Origin: Phoronis australis
Taxonomy: Eukaryota; Animalia; Phoronida
Direction of reading: 5' to 3'
Length of the DNA stretch: 64,000 bases
Assembly (NCBI GenBank): GCA_002633005.1
Contig: NMRA01000040.1
Coordinates: 699,362-763,361 of the forward strand
Positions 51,635-63,411 of this stretch are shown piece by piece. The position numbers were made by a program, and so were the translations under genes. Below the pieces are notes generated by a model, which saw only the letters and a program-made list of their open reading frames with translations, searched no databases and had not been told where the DNA came from. Numbering within the stretch: the stretch's first letter is position 1; the number at the start of each line of letters is the position of its first letter.

Positions 51635-54269
51635 ATAGTTCGGCTTTAAAAGACACACGCCAAGCGATTTAGTTTCTAATCATGGATGAATACAGTGACT
51701 TGTCGGCCAGTGAGTTCTGACCAGCAGACAGTCATTGAAAATGTTGATTGGAAAGATAAAGACTAAAAGAGGTCAATGTTTTCGTCACGTGGTAATGGTT
51801 GCAGTTTGTTTTGAAATTCAGTGTCTTAGTTTCAACTTCTATCTTGTTTATTCTTGCCATGGACCTTTTTATTTTGATATTCTAAAATATGAAAATAGGA
51901 TTTATGTGTAATGTTCACCCCTGATCCCGAGCTAGGCACCAATATTGGCAATTGGTTCCTCTGCTAATCCTAGTCACAAGTTATAGGATATGGAGCAACA
52001 ACAATAACACTGCTTACATGGCTAAGCACTCACTTCTTATGAACGTGGCTCATGGTCATGGCTCATGGGCCTTTAGACTAAGTTTACTGGGTTGTAAACG
52101 TGGCTCAACACTCACAAAAAGTGGCTTAGAGTTAGACGCAAAGGCCAAAGCACGACTCCTGTATCACAAACATGGTTCATGGACTGCAAACGTGGCCCAT
52201 GAAAAAATGTTAACTTTATTGGTCTTCACAGTGCTACCTGGAGGCAGAATGATAAATGTTTACAAAGACTGGTTACCGACATGTTCACGAATGCGCAAGT
52301 TTTGTTGCTTGGATAGTCTAGGTCGGTCGTATTCTCAACTCGGCACTCGGTGTTTGGCATAACGCCAAGTTGCATTTGACTATATGGTAAAAATTCCAAG
52401 TCACCAAAAGAAATCTGTAGTTGCCGAAACAGAAATTTCCAGATCACCAAATTAAATCTGAGGTTGCCGATCCGTCATTAAAATCGTCGAATGAAAATTG
52501 TCGTTTAGCCGTGTTGTGCCCCATTCTCATACGTACCTCTCCACATTTCCAGTTTCTCCTCGCAAATGTACTTTCATTCTCTAACTCAATTCCTCTCGCC
52601 TATGAACCAACATAGAACGCAGATGATTGCATACACTGGTGGCGCGTATTTCACCGATCTTGTCCCTTTTTTGCCGAACAATTCCGACTAATGTCTGTTT
52701 ACTTCCTGTTGTAATATAAGCTGGTGTTTGATATGTGCTGACTGCTGTGATGGCAAATGCACTGATTTAAAAAAAAATGAATGGAACAATTCTAAATGAA
52801 AGGTAATTAATCTGGGAAAACTGTTAGTAAAGTTTGGAAGTCAACACGAACTTTGAAATGAATTTAGAGTGAATTATTGCGTGACTTTGACACTCGCAGT
52901 GATGACTTTGTGGCCACTTGAGATTTTTCCCGTTTCGCCAAATACAATCTGAGGTCACATTGGCGACTGTCAACTCGAGCCGTGCAACTACTTTACTGTA
53001 CTGTACAGTATTGCCACTGGTTTGGCAATTCGATCACTCCGTCCATCACATAGGAGTGATGATCCTACTTAAAATTTGATGATTGGAAAAGTAAAATATG
53101 CTGTCCAATTTATTAGGAAAGAATTACCTTTCAATAATTTGGATGTAATTAGCGATGACGTGTCATGGCATGAGATGACGAAATTTGGATCTGGAAAATA
53201 GACATGACTGGGTCCAAAACGTCATAATGACGTCAAAATGATGTCATGCTAAACATTCCTATAGATTGATTACAAATAGCCTAACTACCATTACTTACCT
53301 TTCAGTGTTTCATCATGAACAAATTATGTAGGTCAGCTGGCATAAACTGACCTTTCTTCGAAAGTGGTCAGTTGCCTGTCATTCAAATTTGTGGCAGCGC
53401 TGACAAAAAGATGTTAAACTGCAAAACAGATACTGAAGTACACTGCTGAGTGCTGTTGAGGATTATTACAATTTTTTCTTTTTATGAATTAAAATACTTT
53501 AATCCTCTAATTTCAATTTCTTCAAGGTTTCTGGCATTGCTGCTAATGATCAAAATGGGTGACAGCTGTTCTGGTGGTCAGAACCACGTACTACTCTCAA
53601 AACTCTCTCTTGTTATTGTTTAACGAAATTTTTATTACTCCAACTGAAAGAGTGCGCAATGATGCTTTTCACATAAGGAAAAACAATTGATGGTTACTTT
53701 CTCAGTTTCAAAGAAAGCAAATATTAACTATTGAGTTTTACCTGTAAGACTCATGCATGGTTTCTGCTCTGCTGTTTTTTTGAGGCTCATCGTTTTTAGT
53801 CTTGTACCGACAGTGATGTCATACTGTATCTCAAGGTCTTAGTGCTTCGAGTTTGGGGACACGTATTAGCTCTATTCTGCGACGAAAAATATTTAAGAAT
53901 AACGTGAAATTTCACTCATCAGGCCCAAAAGTTCCCCTCCTATGATTGAAAAAACTTAGTCTCGCAAAACGTGAATTTTGTCGACTTGAGGCATTGCTGT
54001 AGAGGAGTGGTGACCAAGGTGTGAAGTTGGTGGTGAACAAGGTGGAAATCTTCCCTCAACCTAACAATCCTTTCAAATGGCACAAGGTCCTTTGCCTTCG
54101 GGTGAGCCAGGACCCTGTTTTCAGTATGTAATTAATGCATCAGAGAAGAGAAAGATAATTATTAGCAACTTATCAGTCTTTGAGCATTGTCTCATCGTGA
54201 TATTGATAGTTAACTATATTGTGCAAGTCTAGAAGGTTGTACGCAATACAGATTGTTATAAAATGTAAT

Positions 54270-54497
54270 AATTGCAGGTGGTCTGGTATATATATATACC
54301 AGACGTGCGTGCGCCATACCTGTGAACCCTTTGCACTGATCACCTGGAACCAATTTTGTGCTTTATTAATATATATAGTTAAAACGAAGCTGAGGAGCTA
54401 GAGACCTGACTCAAGGGCCTAGCAGTGTGCCTTAGTCCCACAACCTTGAGTAGTGGAAGCGGACTCTTTATTAACCCACTACCACACTGCCTCGGCC
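54270..54497 (-). mobile_element. tRNA-derived SINE-like repeat, copy 3
   Basis: Reverse complement begins GGCCGAGGCAGTGTGG and matches copies 1 and 2 (TTGAGTCAGGTCTCTAGCTCCTCAGCT, GGTTCCAGGTGATCAGTGCAA). Confidence 0.7.
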
Positions 54498-55700
54498 ATC
54501 CAATTGGTTAAATATAGACATGATATTTATGAAATTCAAATTCATCATGCCAGCTTCGTTTAAGGATGACCTATACACTGTTATGTTGCAAAATCGTGAA
54601 TTAATATCCATAAACTGAAATTAAAGGTTCATATTCTCTCCATTCGAAACCCATTTCATCTGAACTATTGTTATTGATTATTTTGTTCATGCCTGATGGC
54701 CTGACTATACTGTTCAATAAATATGACCTACTTATTGCCTTCTCTGATTGTTAAGGTTTGAATTCATGTGATTCAGTTTGCAGTGTTTTGGAGTACTGAT
54801 TTGATAACATACTGCAAATGTGTCACATTAGTTTATGACCTATTAGTCTGACTATAGTAACAGCCAAAAGTATTCAGACAAAATGACCTGGAAATCCCCG
54901 TCACGACGGATGGGTTGAAGCTGAATTAATCATCAGAATAGTCTTCCATGAAGGAAATTAACAGGAAACTTAGTAAAGGTGGCTAAGTCATTCTGTGATT
55001 AAAATTTTACTGCTCTAATAGTTATTCAGTACTGACTGTATTTTTGCTGTGAACAGAGTTTGCTGTATTGATAGAGACATGGTGTTTTGCCTGTTTACTT
55101 TTGTCTTGTACTGAAGGTTTGTGATTCTTGTTCAAAATGTAATCGGCTACAATTACATAAATGACAAGATATAGTCAATTAATAATTACGCTCTGAAGTG
55201 TCAACTAAGTGTATTGACATGAAGTCCTATTTTCCTAAATGACTGGTCATCACATTGTGTGTGGGCATTGATAACTGATAAATCATTGAACATTGCTTTC
55301 AGTAGGATTGCTGCAGTGATCGTTCATATTTACAAATCTTTATTCTGTTCATATCCACTTATATAACCCCTGCCAGAAAATATCAATGAGACGAAGGACG
55401 TTTGAGTTCTGAGTTATAATTTTGAACCTTGGTAACACAACTGCGTTTATTGTTTTGTCTCTTTAAAAACATTTTCAAATTTATAAATAGACAAATGAAT
55501 TAGTGTAGCGTAGTTGGAATGTAACCATAACGTTGATAAACAAAACCTTTTGTTAAGGTCCATTAAAATGCCTTTTTGTGTGAAACCCACATTTCTCCTG
55601 TCTCTAAACTGTAGACCCTTATATCTCCTTCATGTCAACATCAATTTCAATTCACGTGACTACGTAATCTTAATATTGTTATTTTTAAGACGAGCCAGAC

Positions 55701-55920
55701 ATGGCCACAGAGAATTATAATGTAAATAATGGAACGAGCCACGACGATTCTTTTGATCGTGACATCCAGCAAGTCATGCAAGATGGACCGTCGCTAAACT
55801 CGATGGGTTCTGTTCAGGCTGGTGAGCAAGACATCGACCTGTCCGGTGGTGACTCCTATGGGCCACCACAGAACCGTTCAGTGCCAACCAACTTTCCCAG
55901 ATCACAGACTGTTCCCCCTG
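55701..55920 (+). CDS. ARFIP2: Arfaptin (ARFIP1/2 ortholog), coding exon 1
   Basis: MATENYNVNNGTSHDDSFDRDIQQVMQDGPSLN resembles arfaptin-2 DDGLEQDLQQVMVSGPNLN; donor gtaagt at 55921, phase 1. Confidence 0.88.
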
Positions 55921-57281
55921 GTAAGTGTGCTTTAGCAGTTTCATTGGTTGATTGGCAGGAATGGTCCTGTGGAAATGAGATTCAAATCTAACACAAGTTG
56001 AGAGGCAAAATGTCCTAGCAGACATAGTAATAAGGGGCGCAAAAGTTCTTCTACTGTAGATTAGATTTTGAATTATATAAAACCTTTAATTTGCTTGTGT
56101 GGCTTCAGGTTTCGAAGTTTATGCAAGTTGAAATCTGGTTGAATTTTTAAAAAGTTCAAATTTTGGATGAGCAAGTAACATTATGTTGATATTACTTGTC
56201 AAAAACATGATTGCCCTTTGAAGAGAGTGATATATCCCAAGTTTTTGTGGTTGGGTAATGGGTACTGTGGGGATTCAAGAGGTTTGAACCCATCCTACAA
56301 AAACAACACCAATTGTTAGGGACATCAGGAACATGTTGTACTTATTTAGGCCAATGAGAAAATCACCCTTCCATGAAATTGTTGTTCCCCACTGTTCTAG
56401 AGATTGACACTTTTAGCCAAAATCTACAAGGAAAGCACAGTTCACATTTGTCAGACAAGTAAGGAGCAGTGTCTTGGTTCCTTTACTTTTATGGAGATGT
56501 CTACTGTTTTGTTGCTGTAAAAATGTCATGTTTCGATATGCCATGTGTTGATGAAGGCTGTCACGTGGTCGACTTGTGACCATCTGATGACCTGAACACC
56601 CTTTCAGTCGAGCCTTGCTGGTAGCTCTGATGATTAAAAAACATTAATTTTTTCCAGACATCCCAATCACATGATGGTGGTTAAGCATCACACATCTGTG
56701 CTTTGTTATGGCAAATTACATCTCCGCCGTGCACAAAACATACCCTTTGCTGTAGGTCAGACACTGACATGCTTTGTGTCTAGATAGGAACTTTTGGCCT
56801 GGTCTGTGCTCGTTTAATATCCGTGAACGTGCTGTGCACTCTGATTGTGCTTGTCTATTGATCAGTTGTCTGAACCTGACCACATATCAAGGTTTCTCGG
56901 TTAGATTGGTGTTTTCAGGCCATTAATTTTGTTTGTCTTTGTAATCAATGAGGGAAGGGTTCCTAGTCTGTTCCACATGCAAGCTTGATTTATGACCAGT
57001 GTTGATGCCTGTAATCAGAGAAATTGGATACCTTGCAGTTGAATAATGAATGAGATTGGAACTGTACTGGTTTGATCGGCGATGAGATAAGGAGTAGGTT
57101 GTGTTTTCATAATTCACTGTTCGAAAAGTATCTACGTCAGGGATGTTGCTCATACTTGGTGTATTAAGGGGTTTTCATCGAATATGCCTGAGAAAGTGAT
57201 TAGCTGTCAAAATAGATGAATATTTTGCATAATGATATTAGTAAAGCAGTCTGTTGTTTGTCAACTGGTTGGTTTGACTAG

Positions 57282-57746
57282 AGCTGCTTTTACACGAGAG
57301 ACAGTTGTCACCTTGTCAGTTGTCACTGCACGACTTGCTCCACTTCAGTCGCATTTACATGACATTAGATCGCAAACTGGGTCGGCATAAGTCACTTTCA
57401 TGTAGACTATCTGGACATGCTCCCATAAACAATAGCAAATGCCCAAACCTCGTGGAATGCCAGCTGCTCACCCGAATATATGATATTGCGCAAGCGCATT
57501 GAAGGACGATCTATTTCTGCCCTGTTTTGCTTACACATGTAGTTTACACTGGAGCAACTGATCGAGTGTGACTCGCTCTACCTATCAAACCAGTGTCAAA
57601 AACTTGCCGCTGCAGTGTCACTTGCACCGTGTCAGTCGTGTTTACATACACACTTGTACCCGATCAGCTGTTCTGTGTTAGCTGCGCCAGGTCGGCTGCG
57701 CCAGGTCGGCTGCACTAGGTCGGCTGTCTCAGATGTAAATGCGGCT
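57282..57746. mobile_element. PIF/Harbinger-like MITE in arfaptin intron
   Basis: TAG|AGCTGCTTTTACAC-GAGAGACAG ... CTGTCTCAGATGTAAATGCGGCT|TAG: imperfect ~24-bp TIRs and 3-bp TAG duplication. Contains an internal 14-bp tandem repeat at 57681-57726. Confidence 0.7.
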
Positions 57747-57904
57747 TAGGAGTGATGTCAGGCAACAATGGACAACTACCTGGTAATGGGGGCTGTTATT
57801 TTAGATGTCCCTGCTGTTGCTGATGTTGGGTCTAACAAAACAAGTGCTTTTTGAACATGCTGATGATTATAGACAACCACAAGTGCTTGCAAAATGTCTT
57901 TCAG

Positions 57905-58345
57905 CCAACACTTCCATCTCACTGACAAGTCCGCACAGCCAGAATGGCAGCCGGGGCGGTTCAGCGGGTGTGGGTGCATCGCGATCTCGAGCGGCGACCA
58001 CCGGCTCTGCGCAGTCGAAACTGGACTCGTTCAAGTCTTGGAGCCTCAACACGTACAAGTGTACAAAGCAAGTCATATCAGAGAAGCTTGGCAAAACCAA
58101 CAAGACGGTGGACGTGGAGCTAGAGACTCAGATTGAGAATCTACGCGACATGCAGCGGAAGTACGCCAACATCCTGAAGTTGGCTCGCAGTCTCGCTAAC
58201 CACTTCAGCCATGTGGTGCTGACCCAGCGAGCGCTCAGCGAGAGCTTCATGGAGCTGGCTCAGAAGTCACCGGAGTTGGAGGACGAGTTTGGCTACAACG
58301 CCGAGACACAGAAAGCTCTGTGCAAGAATGGCGAAGTGCTGCTAG
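57905..58345 (+). CDS. ARFIP2: Arfaptin coding exon 2 (amphipathic helix and AH/BAR domain start)
   Basis: KSWSLNTYKCTKQVISEKLGKTNKTVDVELE...QKSPELEDEFGYNAETQKALCKNGEVLL; acceptor ctttcag chosen for phase-1 compatibility; donor gtgag. Confidence 0.93.
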
Positions 58346-58846
58346 GTGAGGTGTTTGGTTGGAGATTATTTCAGGCATACTTTCCCAATTAATGTTGTTG
58401 AATGTAATGGAGAAGTATTCGACAATTCAAATGCTTGTTTTGAATTGTAGTCCGAACACATTTTTTTTCCAATCCTTAGTAATTTTAAGCTTGTTTAGTT
58501 AGAATTCGCCTTACTGACAGCTTCCCCTGTAGAAGTTGGTCAATGAATAATATTAACTGGCATAACTTATTACTTATGTGACGTGTGAGTGCTTGAACAC
58601 AGGAGGAGATTGACTCTCTTCTCACTTGTATGAATCCTGAAGCCAATGATAGGTTTGTCGTTTGGATGCTCTGCTTATGTGGACAACTTGGTCTTGGTCA
58701 ACCAGCTGTTCAGACAGGGCCTTAGAAAATGTGTTTGTGTACATACTTCAATTCTCCTTATTGTCACACCTGCCTTCTCTTCACCAGGTGTTCTGTTTTA
58801 CCTCCTCACCATCCCTTGTTTATTACGCTCATGTATCTTAATTCAG

Positions 58847-58940
58847 GTGCCCTCAACTTCTTCATCTCCAGTGTAAACACACTATGTAATAAGACAATTG
58901 AAGACACTCTTCTGACCGTCAAGAACTATGAAACATCAAG
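58847..58940 (+). CDS. ARFIP2: Arfaptin coding exon 3
   Basis: [32 protein letters not shown]; phase 1 to 2. Confidence 0.95.
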
Positions 58941-59923
58941 GTGTGTATTCCTGGATGATGTAACCTAACCCGTTCAGTCCATTGTTTTGTGTCTGTTCTG
59001 AAACAGTGACGTATTTCAAGTCATGGCTAATTTTCTGGTGAAAAAGGTGTGAAGTACTTGTTGATGTATTGTGTTGGTCTCAAGATTATGAGGGACATGG
59101 ATGTCTTTGAAACTCCATATCTCAGAAACGGCTGATCAGATTCGAATGAAACTTTCTGTTATTATGAAGATGCACTTCTTCTGAAATACTGTTAGCAATT
59201 GTTACTGAGTTTCACTTTTGCAGAATCATCAAAAATAGGATGTTGATTTTTTATTAAAAATGCATTTTCTCAGTATTAGCTGCCAAAGATGATTTCAGTC
59301 ACTTAGGTCACAAACGGGTTTCTCAATATTCCTTACTGTGATAGGACTTGATTTCTAGTACCAGCAAAAACACTGAAACCACCAACAAAGAATTCAGCAT
59401 TGACTGCTAACCAGTGGCTAAATACCCTATTAACAGAAAGAATTTTGTCACGTTATTGATATCATTGTTTTGTAAAAATGTATGTTTCCAATTATTGCAA
59501 AAATTGAGTTCTCCTGCTTACTACTTTCAGAAGATAATGTATGTAATTTTTCTTTATTAAATTTTGTAGTTTTGTAGATATTTGGCTATTTTCAACCCAT
59601 AATGTTCGATCTGTGAAATTGTTCAAAAGTCTGTTTCACTGTTAGTCTTTCATGGTTGTCAATTTTTTGTTGTCACAAATCTGTAGAAACTTAACTTTGG
59701 TAATTGGCAAAGTGCTAGTGTAATAGTCCAAAATTATTGATGTATTGACTTACTGAATAATAAGTCCATGTCAGAATTCAATCCTTTTTCTCAAGAAGTT
59801 GCAGTGTATAAATGTCCTTTGTTGAATCGTCGATATGGCCCAACCCTATAGTAGACCTTTGTTTGACTTTTTATTCTGAGACAATGAACGCTCCTATTGA
59901 CTTGCCCCCTTTTCCTCACTTAG

Positions 59924-60092
59924 GGTGGAGTACGATGCCTACAGGGCAGACTTTGAACAGGTGCAGTCTGGACCGAGCAGGGACGCAGGCAAGCTGGAAG
60001 AGGGGCGGAAGAAGTTTGAGTTTCACAAGGCTAAGTTTGATCAGCTACGGGCCGATGTGGCCATAAAGATAAGGTTCCTTGATGAGAATCGG
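59924..60092 (+). CDS. ARFIP2: Arfaptin coding exon 4
   Basis: VEYDAYRADFEQ...KFDQLRADVAIKIRFLDENR|gttagt; phase 2 to 0. Confidence 0.95.
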
Positions 60093-61108
60093 GTTAGTAA
60101 AAGTTGTTGTGTCATTTTATCTTGTGCTGATTTGTTTTTTATCCATCTGGGTCTCGTTCATTTCAAGGGGCTGATTACTGACCCCAGGGGCTACTAACTT
60201 AAAACTTTCTGAAAGAATTATGGTTTCTTATCCATTCTACACATTGTCTCCTAACGAGTTAGTTTTCATGGGTCTTTAATCAAGAGCAGTCGTTCAAAAT
60301 AAAGTATCGTTTGTCTTTATGGCTGATAAATGCAGTTTGGGATTATTTTTTGATGGCAGAGACTTCTTGAAATTATAAGCTTGGAACAAAGTTATAAAAC
60401 AGCAAAAGTTGTTCAAAGCGTGAGGCTGCTTTTGCCAGAGATAGTGTGTTGGATGCCACACTCCGATGATTTCTGTGAAATGACTTCTCTCACCAAGAAT
60501 GTCCTTTTATAAATAACATGGAGTCGCATTTACTCCCAGTGTGCTTGTTTATGTCTCTTCTCATAAACACCAGGGACCAAGACGGCTTATGTTTGTTTAT
60601 TACAGGATACTTTACTTGCAAATTAACCAATGGTTACTTACCAGAATACCACAGCACCCTCTATGCCTCTGCAGTATTGACCCACAATGGTGCAGATCTG
60701 TAGGCTATTTGACCTTAGTTGTACACGGCTGTCAGGCTAACCATTATTGTGACATTGAAATTTGTTTGCCGTTTTTATTTTGAGTTGTAGTAAAGACAGC
60801 AGAAAATTTGAATAGCAAATTGAGGCTTGATAAATCGTCTAACTAAGTTTAAAAGTGTGCTAGTGGATCTACCTTTTAAAAACTAGGTCAATCATGCAAT
60901 GCGTTTTTCTGCCCAAACAACAAAGAGTTGAATTCGGTTTGTGAGCATTATATCATGACATTTGAAAGTTTACTCAAATGTGCCACATGCTAAGTTAATA
61001 ATCAATTGTCGAGTCAAGTTTTGAATACAGGTTGGGGCGAAAGGACACATTGATATTGAACTTTTTCAAATGACCTATTTTTACCTGTCCCATTTATTTT
61101 ATTCTCAG

Positions 61109-61261
61109 GTTAAGGTGATGCATAAGCAGCTGCTACTGTTTCATAACGCCATCTCGGCCTACTTCTCTGGCAACCAATCAGCATTAGAGGGCACTCTGAA
61201 ACAGTTCAGCATCAAACTGAAGTCACCCAATAGTGAGCCTCCGTCCTGGCTGGAGAACTGA
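61109..61261 (+). CDS. ARFIP2: Arfaptin terminal coding exon; spliced CDS 1077 nt, 358 aa
   Basis: [50 protein letters not shown], the conserved arfaptin C-terminus. Confidence 0.96.
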   Translation, partial: VKVMHKQLLLFHNAISAYFSGNQSALEGTLKQFSIKLKSPNSEPPSWLEN

Positions 61262-62191
61262 CGTCTGGCTGGAGAATAGCTTCTACGTGATATGAGATGG
61301 TGATCGCTGAAGCCTTGGTCATTGACAGTCATGTTTTGTAGCAAGCAAGATAGGCGTGCTGACATGGAGACTGTCAGTGTGATACTGTTCCATTGGGAAA
61401 GGTGGTTCTACTCGACAATTAACTCTGGTATTGTTGACGTCCATAATGGATTTGTCGGAGAATCATAAGTATTTATTAATTGCAAATCAGTAATTCGTGA
61501 AAGTCACGTCTGGCATTATTCCGTTACAGAGGTTGGTAGTGTTGGCGACGTGTTCTGGCATATACAGCGCTGTAGGATCATAAATATGTTAATACTAGTC
61601 ACCAGTCAGTAATACTCGAAAGTGTGGTCTGGTAATAACAGTAGTTGACAGTGTCCGTAACAGTTTTTTTTTTGCGCGAGGGATAGTGTCGAATCAAAGT
61701 CCAGGAGCCATTGCCAGTAGCTGTGTTGTGAAAGCTAGGCCTGGCAGTATTCAAAGAGTTGGTAGTGCTGAACTAGTGTATAGATGAAGAGCAATGCCTG
61801 TTCATGGGAACAATTGGTTATGAAAATTAAGTCTGGTGCTGACGCAGTGTCCGTTACATGGTTTTTGCTTGCAATCCTCGTGACAGTATTTAAATAATTC
61901 ATTCACATTGCCCTTGAGCGAAAATTAAGATGGCCGCGCTGGTTCAAAATTGGCAGAAAGAACTGCCATTGAATATTGTAACCCTAATCATTAAATTTCT
62001 GTCTCCAGTAAAACGAGGCTTCAACGTGCAAGATCTTTGTCCTGATATTTTGAAATACATATTGTATTAACCAATAATACAGTATTTAATTGCAAATCAA
62101 TATACCTTGGTGGTGTCAAGACAAAAAATTGAACATTTGTATACTCTGGGTTTCCATTTGCCTTGGTTTGTAATCTCGTTTTCATAGATTT

Positions 62192-62560
62192 GGAGAAAAG
62201 GTTCGTCATTGGTCTTTACAAGCATTGTAGTATGAGATGGTCACTTACTTAGAGTCGTGGTAGGTTGTTTGCAGTTTTGACCTGGTCTGCCAGGTCTTAG
62301 TCAATGAATGAGGGATTTCCCCCGTTTCGCTGGTTAAGAATGTTTGAATACATGAGAGGTAAGCGGAGGCCTCGGTCCCGATTCAGCGGCCCCTCTTGAA
62401 TCGGGACCGAGGCCTCCACTTACCTCCCATGTATTCAAACATTCTTAACCAGCGAAACGCGGGAAATCCCTCATTCATTGACAAAGTCCTGGCGGACTAG
62501 GTCGAAACGTCTGCAAACGACCTACCACGTCTCTAAGTAAGTGACCATCTCATACTACAA
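62192..62560. mobile_element. Penelope-like retroelement remnant: inverted pLTR pair plus tail
   Basis: Near-perfect hairpin at 62225-62561. The right arm translates as IQRPLLNRDRGLHLPPMYSNIL, resembling the PLE GIY-YIG C-terminus. The insert is flanked by the 12-bp direct repeat TTTCATAGATTT (62180-62191 and 62561-62572). Confidence 0.8.
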
Positions 62561-63286
62561 TTTCATAGATTTCTCGTAAATATGCAATTTCTGATTCTTC
62601 ATGAAATCTTCATTCTTCCTTATCTTCCGTGCTCGTCATTTTTTCAGCAATGTTTATATATACATAAATGTATAGGTTGTACATTTAAGCGTAAGCGGTA
62701 TATTAATGGAAATTGACATTCCATCGAATGTTTTTTGTTGTTGTATTTTTGGCAGATGTATCTCATTTTTGCATAGGTTATGGTTTTCAGAAGTCATGGT
62801 GATTGCAAATCATTTCTCTCAGCTCAGTGTTGTTTTATACCTTGACTAATATTTCTAAGACAGATGTTGTTTAATTGCTGTCGTGTAGTACCTTGCTTGT
62901 CCCCAATATTAGGTAGAGATTGATTTTTTCACTGAAGAATTCACTGCATGGATTGTTATGCATTGGAAATTTTTATTTTGTCTGTTCCAAATGTTTTGTT
63001 AAATTTAACCATATGATGTTCTGATGAATCACAATGCTGTTATCATAATTTAAACAGACTATTCAGAGTCAATCTTGAGTGTTTGAATTGAGCAAACATT
63101 TAGCTTTTGATTATGTTTTTTGTTAATTATTGTAGATGTTAAATATGATGTAGTTTAAGACTTTTTGGTTTGCCGTCAACGCAGGGATGAACTTGAGTCT
63201 GTTATTGAGAGCATTTTGTTAATATATGATTGTCTTCCTCATTTTTAGTGTTTATGTTGTTGAGGCGTGTATTTATTGTCCTTTGT

Positions 63287-63411
63287 AGTATCTACTGTGC
63301 GATACTGTGTGATGTAATCACTATGGATTCAGTATCTGCTGCATGATACTGTACCATGTGTTCACTGTAGGTGCAGTATCTGCTATGCGATACTGTGCCA
63401 CGTATTCACTG
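63287..63411. repeat. Degenerate ~44-bp minisatellite x3
   Basis: AGTATCT(A/G)CT..(G/A)(C/T)GATACTGT occurs three times at about 44-bp spacing. Confidence 0.7.

Noticed and set aside
56658-56679. Possible arfaptin microexon after ttttccag
   Set aside because: It has an in-frame TGA and a weak donor. A poison exon cannot be supported without transcripts.
57805-57904. N-terminal part of the 195-aa arfaptin ORF
   Set aside because: Intronic read-through. The acceptor at 57872 is phase-incompatible with the upstream exon, whereas the one at 57904 fits.
62225-62561. miRNA precursor or simple MITE
   Set aside because: The stem is far longer than a pre-miRNA, and the asymmetric tail, 12-bp duplication and GIY-YIG-type peptide fit a Penelope-like insertion better.
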